Origin: an uncultured Gemmatimonadales bacterium
GTDB taxonomy: Bacteria; Pseudomonadota; Gammaproteobacteria; Pseudomonadales; IMCC2047
Length of the DNA: 58,042 nt
NCBI GenBank assembly: GCA_964195105.1
Contig: CAXMOT010000106.1
Span: forward strand, 1 to 58,042
Reading direction: 5' to 3'
In this document: positions 54,330 through 58,042 of the stretch, piece after piece
How positions within the stretch are numbered: position 1 is the first letter of the stretch
How the letters are laid out: each line of letters opens with the position of its first letter
Notes under the pieces: generated by a model
What the model saw: the letters and a program-made list of their open reading frames with translations, nothing else
Databases searched by the model: none
Told to the model about the DNA's origin: nothing
Position numbers and translations under genes: made by a program

Positions 54330-56150
54330 CTAATTCTCGAAAACCGGTTCAGGTGTTTCGCCGGGCACATCGTGTTGCTCCTGTTGCTGGAGCCGCCACA
54401 TCTGCGCATACAGACCGCCAGCGCTTAACAACTGCTGGTGCGATCCTTGCTCTTCAATACGACCGTGGTTGAGAACCAGAATATTGTCCGCATCGATAAT
54501 TGTGGAAAGCCGGTGTGCGATGACCAGCGTGGTGTGGTTTTGCGCCGCTTCGTCCAGGGCCTCAAGTATCGCTTTTTCGCTACTGGAGTCGAGCGATGAG
54601 GTCGCTTCATCGAAGATCATAATGCACGGATTCTTGAGCAGCGTGCGGGCAATCGCTATGCGCTGTTTCTCGCCACCCGAGAGTTTCAGGCCGCGTTCGC
54701 CAACCTTGGTAGCATAGCCTTGCGGAAGCCGCTCAATAAACTGCTCAAGGTGTGCCATGCGGGTGGCGCGCTGGATCTCAGATTCGCTTGAACCGGGATT
54801 GCCGTATGCAATGTTGTAATGAATGGTCTCATTAAACAGCACCGTATCCTGCGGTACCACGCCGATGGCCCGGCGCAGGCTCTCCTGGGTTACCGTACGG
54901 ATATCCTGGCCACTCACCCGGATGGCGCCGTCGGTTACATCGTAGAAGCGGAACAGCAGTCTTGCGATGGTCGATTTACCGGAGCCGCTAGGGCCCACAA
55001 TCGCAATTTTCTGCCCGGCAGGAATGGTGAAGCTCACATCGTGGAGAATTTCCCGATCAGGCTTATAGGAGAACTTTACATTTTCGAAACGCACTTCGCC
55101 GCCGTCAGGTTCCAGCTCGGAGGCGTCTTCGCTATCCACGACTTTGGTTTCGGTCCCGAGCAGGCGAAACATCTGCTCGATATTGGCCAGTGCGTTCTTG
55201 ATCTCGCGGTACACGAAGCCCAGGAAGTTCAGCGGTATGAACAACTGGATCATGAAAGCATTAACCAGCACCAGGTCGCCCAGGGTCATGGTTCCGGCAA
55301 CTACGTCCCTGGCCGCCATTACCATGATGATGGTGATCGCTGTCGAAATAATCAGTGCCTGTCCGGAATTAAGGGCAATCAGGGAGGTTCGGTTCTTCAT
55401 CCGCGCTTCTTCCCAGAGTGCCAGGCGTTCGTCGTACTGGTCCGATTCGTATTGCTCGTTGCCAAAATACTTGACCGTCTCGAAATTCAGCAAGCTGTCG
55501 ATCGCCCGGGTATTGGACTGGCTATCTTTTTCATTCGCCTCCCGCACAAACCGCGTACGCCATTCGGTAACCAATATCGAAAAGCCGATGTAGGCAGAGA
55601 CCGCCATAAAGGTGATAAACGCATACCAGGGGCTGTAGTTCACAAGCAGGATGCCAATGATCAGCGCGAGTTCGATCAGGGTGGGGAGAATATTAAACAG
55701 CATAAAGCGCAACAGGAAACTGATGCCGTTGGTACCGCGCTCGATATCCCGGGACAGGCCGCCGGTGCGTCGCGACAGGTGAAAATCCAGCTCCAGTTGG
55801 TGTAAATGGTTGAACACCTTGAGCCCGATCCGGCGCATGGCGCGCTCGGACACTCGATTAAACACCGCATCGCGTAACTCGCCAAAGAACGAGCTGCCAA
55901 ATCGCAACGCGCCGTAGGCGAGTAGAAGTGCCAGGGGGACCGATACCAATTGCACGGCATCTCCATCGAGATCATCGACGACATACTTGAGGATCAGGGG
56001 GATCGCAACGTTAGCCAGTTTTGCCAGCAGCATAAATGCGAGCGCACCAAACACACGGGCAGGGAATTCCAGTAAATAGGGTGACAGGCTCTTGATGGCC
56101 TGCCAGTCGCCCGACCACTTCGCCTCGGGGATGTTGTTTGCGCCTCTCAT
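54330..56150 (-). CDS. ABCB-type (ATM1/HMT1-like) ABC transporter, fused permease and ATPase
   Basis: 6-TM N-terminal half, Walker A GPSGSGKST, signature LSGGEKQR, Walker B IMIFDEATS. Confidence 0.92.
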   Translation of the reverse strand: MRGANNIPEAKWSGDWQAIKSLSPYLLEFPARVFGALAFMLLAKLANVAIPLILKYVVDDLDGDAVQLVSVPLALLLAYGALRFGSSFFGELRDAVFNRVSERAMRRIGLKVFNHLHQLELDFHLSRRTGGLSRDIERGTNGISFLLRFMLFNILPTLIELALIIGILLVNYSPWYAFITFMAVSAYIGFSILVTEWRTRFVREANEKDSQSNTRAIDSLLNFETVKYFGNEQYESDQYDERLALWEEARMKNRTSLIALNSGQALIISTAITIIMVMAARDVVAGTMTLGDLVLVNAFMIQLFIPLNFLGFVYREIKNALANIEQMFRLLGTETKVVDSEDASELEPDGGEVRFENVKFSYKPDREILHDVSFTIPAGQKIAIVGPSGSGKSTIARLLFRFYDVTDGAIRVSGQDIRTVTQESLRRAIGVVPQDTVLFNETIHYNIAYGNPGSSESEIQRATRMAHLEQFIERLPQGYATKVGERGLKLSGGEKQRIAIARTLLKNPCIMIFDEATSSLDSSSEKAILEALDEAAQNHTTLVIAHRLSTIIDADNILVLNHGRIEEQGSHQQLLSAGGLYAQMWRLQQQEQHDVPGETPEPVFEN

Positions 56151-56515
56151 TACTACCTTATCGGAGTACTACTTTGTAGCAATACTCATAAATGAATTTA
56201 GTCGCGACAGTATAGGGGAGCAGCGGCATCCAATGACAGCACGAATGCCAGCATTTGATTACCTTCCCGGTGGCCTTTGTGCTCTATTGGCAGGCACACC
56301 CGTGGGGCATAATCAGAGCTTACCAAACTGTCGGATTCTTTTACAAATTCCGGCTTCAATTGGGTTTACGCAGGCGCTGGTTATCGTAACTAATTGAATT
56401 CTATCCGGCTTTAAAAACTGGGGTAGAAATTGCATCGTATTTTGTGAAGCCTATAAAAGGGGGCTGGCCTGGCAACTTAAGACATCCATTTCGAGTCAAC
56501 CACAGGGGCACAGCT

Positions 56516-56980
56516 ATGAAGCAGCTTTTACGATCCGGACTTGGCGACCGGCCCGCGATGCATGGCCACACTCGACGTGGCACCGGTCGCTGGGTTAATA
56601 CACGTCACTGGGGATTTGATGCCCGCCGTGATGGCCAGCACGTGAACTCCTACGTAGATCGCTATGAAGCGCGCCTGCTGGCGCCAACGATCTTGATCTT
56701 GATGTGTTCCGTGCTCGATGCATTCCTGACCCTGGAACTGATTCGTGGCGGTGCCATAGAGCTAAACTATCTTATGGCGAACCTGATGCAGAAGGACCTG
56801 GCGCTATTTATCCATAGCAAAATTTCACTCACCAGTTTGTCCATTATTTTCCTGGTGGTGCATAAGAATTTTCGTGTTATCCGGGGCGTGACTGTCGCTC
56901 ACGTTTTGTACCTCATCTCGGCGGTTTATTTGGCGCTGATTGGCTATGAGGCAATGTTACTCGGACTACTAGTACTCTAA
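56516..56980 (+). CDS. DUF5658 family membrane protein
   Basis: Arg-rich N-terminus, then SVLDAFLTLELIRGGAIELNYLMANLM and further TM segments. ATG 56516 is preferred to the track GTG at 56444. Confidence 0.65.
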   Translation: MKQLLRSGLGDRPAMHGHTRRGTGRWVNTRHWGFDARRDGQHVNSYVDRYEARLLAPTILILMCSVLDAFLTLELIRGGAIELNYLMANLMQKDLALFIHSKISLTSLSIIFLVVHKNFRVIRGVTVAHVLYLISAVYLALIGYEAMLLGLLVL

Positions 56981-57959
56981 CCGACCCAGTAAGATCTGCA
57001 ATTGGGCTTCACCAGACGGGCTTGGGTGGCAACGAATACTCGGCGGTCCTGGCTCCTATCAAAGCGGTGTCACTAACTAACGCAGGTCGCCCAACTCAGC
57101 GATGACCCTCCCGCACTATCGGGAATTTCTCCTTTTGCTGGAAAGCGCCCTTCATACAAAGACTTTTTGACCCAGGTCAACAATCGGCTTTTCCGCTTGG
57201 GTAAAGTGGTCTTCCTGTCGTGCAGGGCAACCGGATTGACCAGGAGCGGCGGCTTACGTAGCATTGCGTATTGTTAGAGCACGTTGCTCTGCATATTATG
57301 GTTGGTTACCTCGAGTGATGAAGTACATCCCGAAATGATGAGCATTAAGAGTAGATATATGAGTCAGGAAAGCCAATCGTTACAAAAACTTCGGCGCACC
57401 CAAAGCAACTCCACAATATTAAAGGAACTGCCTGATTTCCCGCAAGGTTATGCGGTGATATCGCGACAGCAAGATAGCGCGCTGAAAATTTGCATCATGA
57501 CGACGCCACCTGAACAACGACACAGCGCCTGAAAAAGGAACACTCAAGGGACGAGCGCCAGCGAGGACAAAATAAGGATCAGCCCGTCGATCTTTCGAGG
57601 GTTGGTGATGGGGTTTTTGTTGCCCATAAAGTTCGCTTTTCAAGTTTGTCACGCACCGATTATCCCTTCGTATCTACACTTGATTATCCAGCCTTTTATT
57701 TAACCCGCATGCCCCTGGTAACCAAGTTCGGCTATTGCCGCCATTAGCCCAACAGGGTGTCCATCCTTACTGCATTCGGGGCAATTAATCGCGCTCGAGA
57801 TAGGTCTGCCGCGCCCTTAGCTAGTGCTATTACGTATTTCCAATATCAGTCTGCGTCATTAATATAGTGCGTTACCAATTAAAATAAACTCTGCTGGTTT
57901 GATGACCTTTTAAATACTCGGAGAGTGCCGGGTTTCATGTTAAATAAGGAGCGTTAACC

Positions 57960-58042
57960 ATGAAGGTTAATATTGGATCATTTGATCGTTGGGTGAGAAT
58001 CATCTGTGGCACGATCATATTGTCATTTCTTTTCGTAGGCCC
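57960..58042 (+). CDS. DUF2892 (YgaP-like membrane domain) protein, N-terminal fragment at the window edge
   Basis: AAGGAG followed by ATG 57960. MKVNIGSFDRWVRIICGTIILSFLFVG matches the N.G..DR..R...G pattern of DUF2892. Confidence 0.6.
   Translation, partial: MKVNIGSFDRWVRIICGTIILSFLFVG

Noticed and set aside
54819-55805. 328-aa plus-strand ORF
   Set aside because: It is antisense to the ABC transporter gene, whose Walker and signature motifs are unambiguous. Shadow ORF.
1-58042. Scan for CRISPR arrays, tRNA/rRNA genes, IS transposases, integrases, and sigma-54 (TGGCAC-N5-TTGC) promoters
   Set aside because: I noticed no regularly spaced short direct repeats, no tRNA T-loop/acceptor patterns and no transposase or integrase-like ORFs. 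The few TGGCAC occurrences (for example near 26386, 28916 and 58009) lack the TTGC element at the correct spacing.

Overview
This 58-kb window looks like mostly core chromosome from a moderately GC-rich gammaproteobacterium. The gene order ffs-dnaX-ybaB-recR-rnd-ycgL-ycgN, plus htpG and a split class II RNR (nrdJa/nrdJb), resembles Pseudomonadales/Cellvibrionales-type marine bacteria; that placement is inference only. All protein calls come from reading the supplied translations, or my own for the left edge, against remembered family motifs. No database search was run.

Layout:
- Left end: a phosphohexomutase, then an ECF-sigma/FecR/TonB-transducer module that encloses a sugar-type MFS porter and a YdgJ-like oxidoreductase.
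- Middle: ffs, the dnaX cluster, rnd, ycgL, ycgN, an HDAC-like gene, htpG with a textbook sigma-32 promoter, nrdJa/nrdJb with an NrdR-box-like palindrome, and several MFS transporters.
- A roughly 2.6-kb lower-GC islet holding an S1/CvfB-like protein, a HAD hydrolase and a hypothetical protein.
- Further right: lldD-like, ubiX, a LysR regulator divergent from azoR, a large lipoprotein, a peroxiredoxin, an RRM-protein plus Csp pair, NfeD-SPFH, a CoA-transferase, an M48 protease and an ABCB-type exporter.

I saw no rRNA, tRNA, CRISPR array, transposase, integrase or recognisable defence system.

Main things the ORF track does not explain:
1. Two diverged copies (15549-15803 and 39756-40024) of a roughly 250-270-nt intergenic element. 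They share a conserved core, and at least four helices keep their pairing while their sequences differ between copies. This is a candidate new structured RNA or structured mobile element.
2. A 179-bp MITE-like palindromic element in two inverted copies. One supplies the stop codon of the TonB-dependent receptor.
3. A sigma-4-only duplicate of the ECF sigma gene directly upstream of fecR.
4. An A9 slippery run in dnaX with nearby stops in both alternative frames.
5. Two orphan intrinsic terminators that mark candidate sRNAs.

None of these is proven to be a new system; each needs the checks listed with it.
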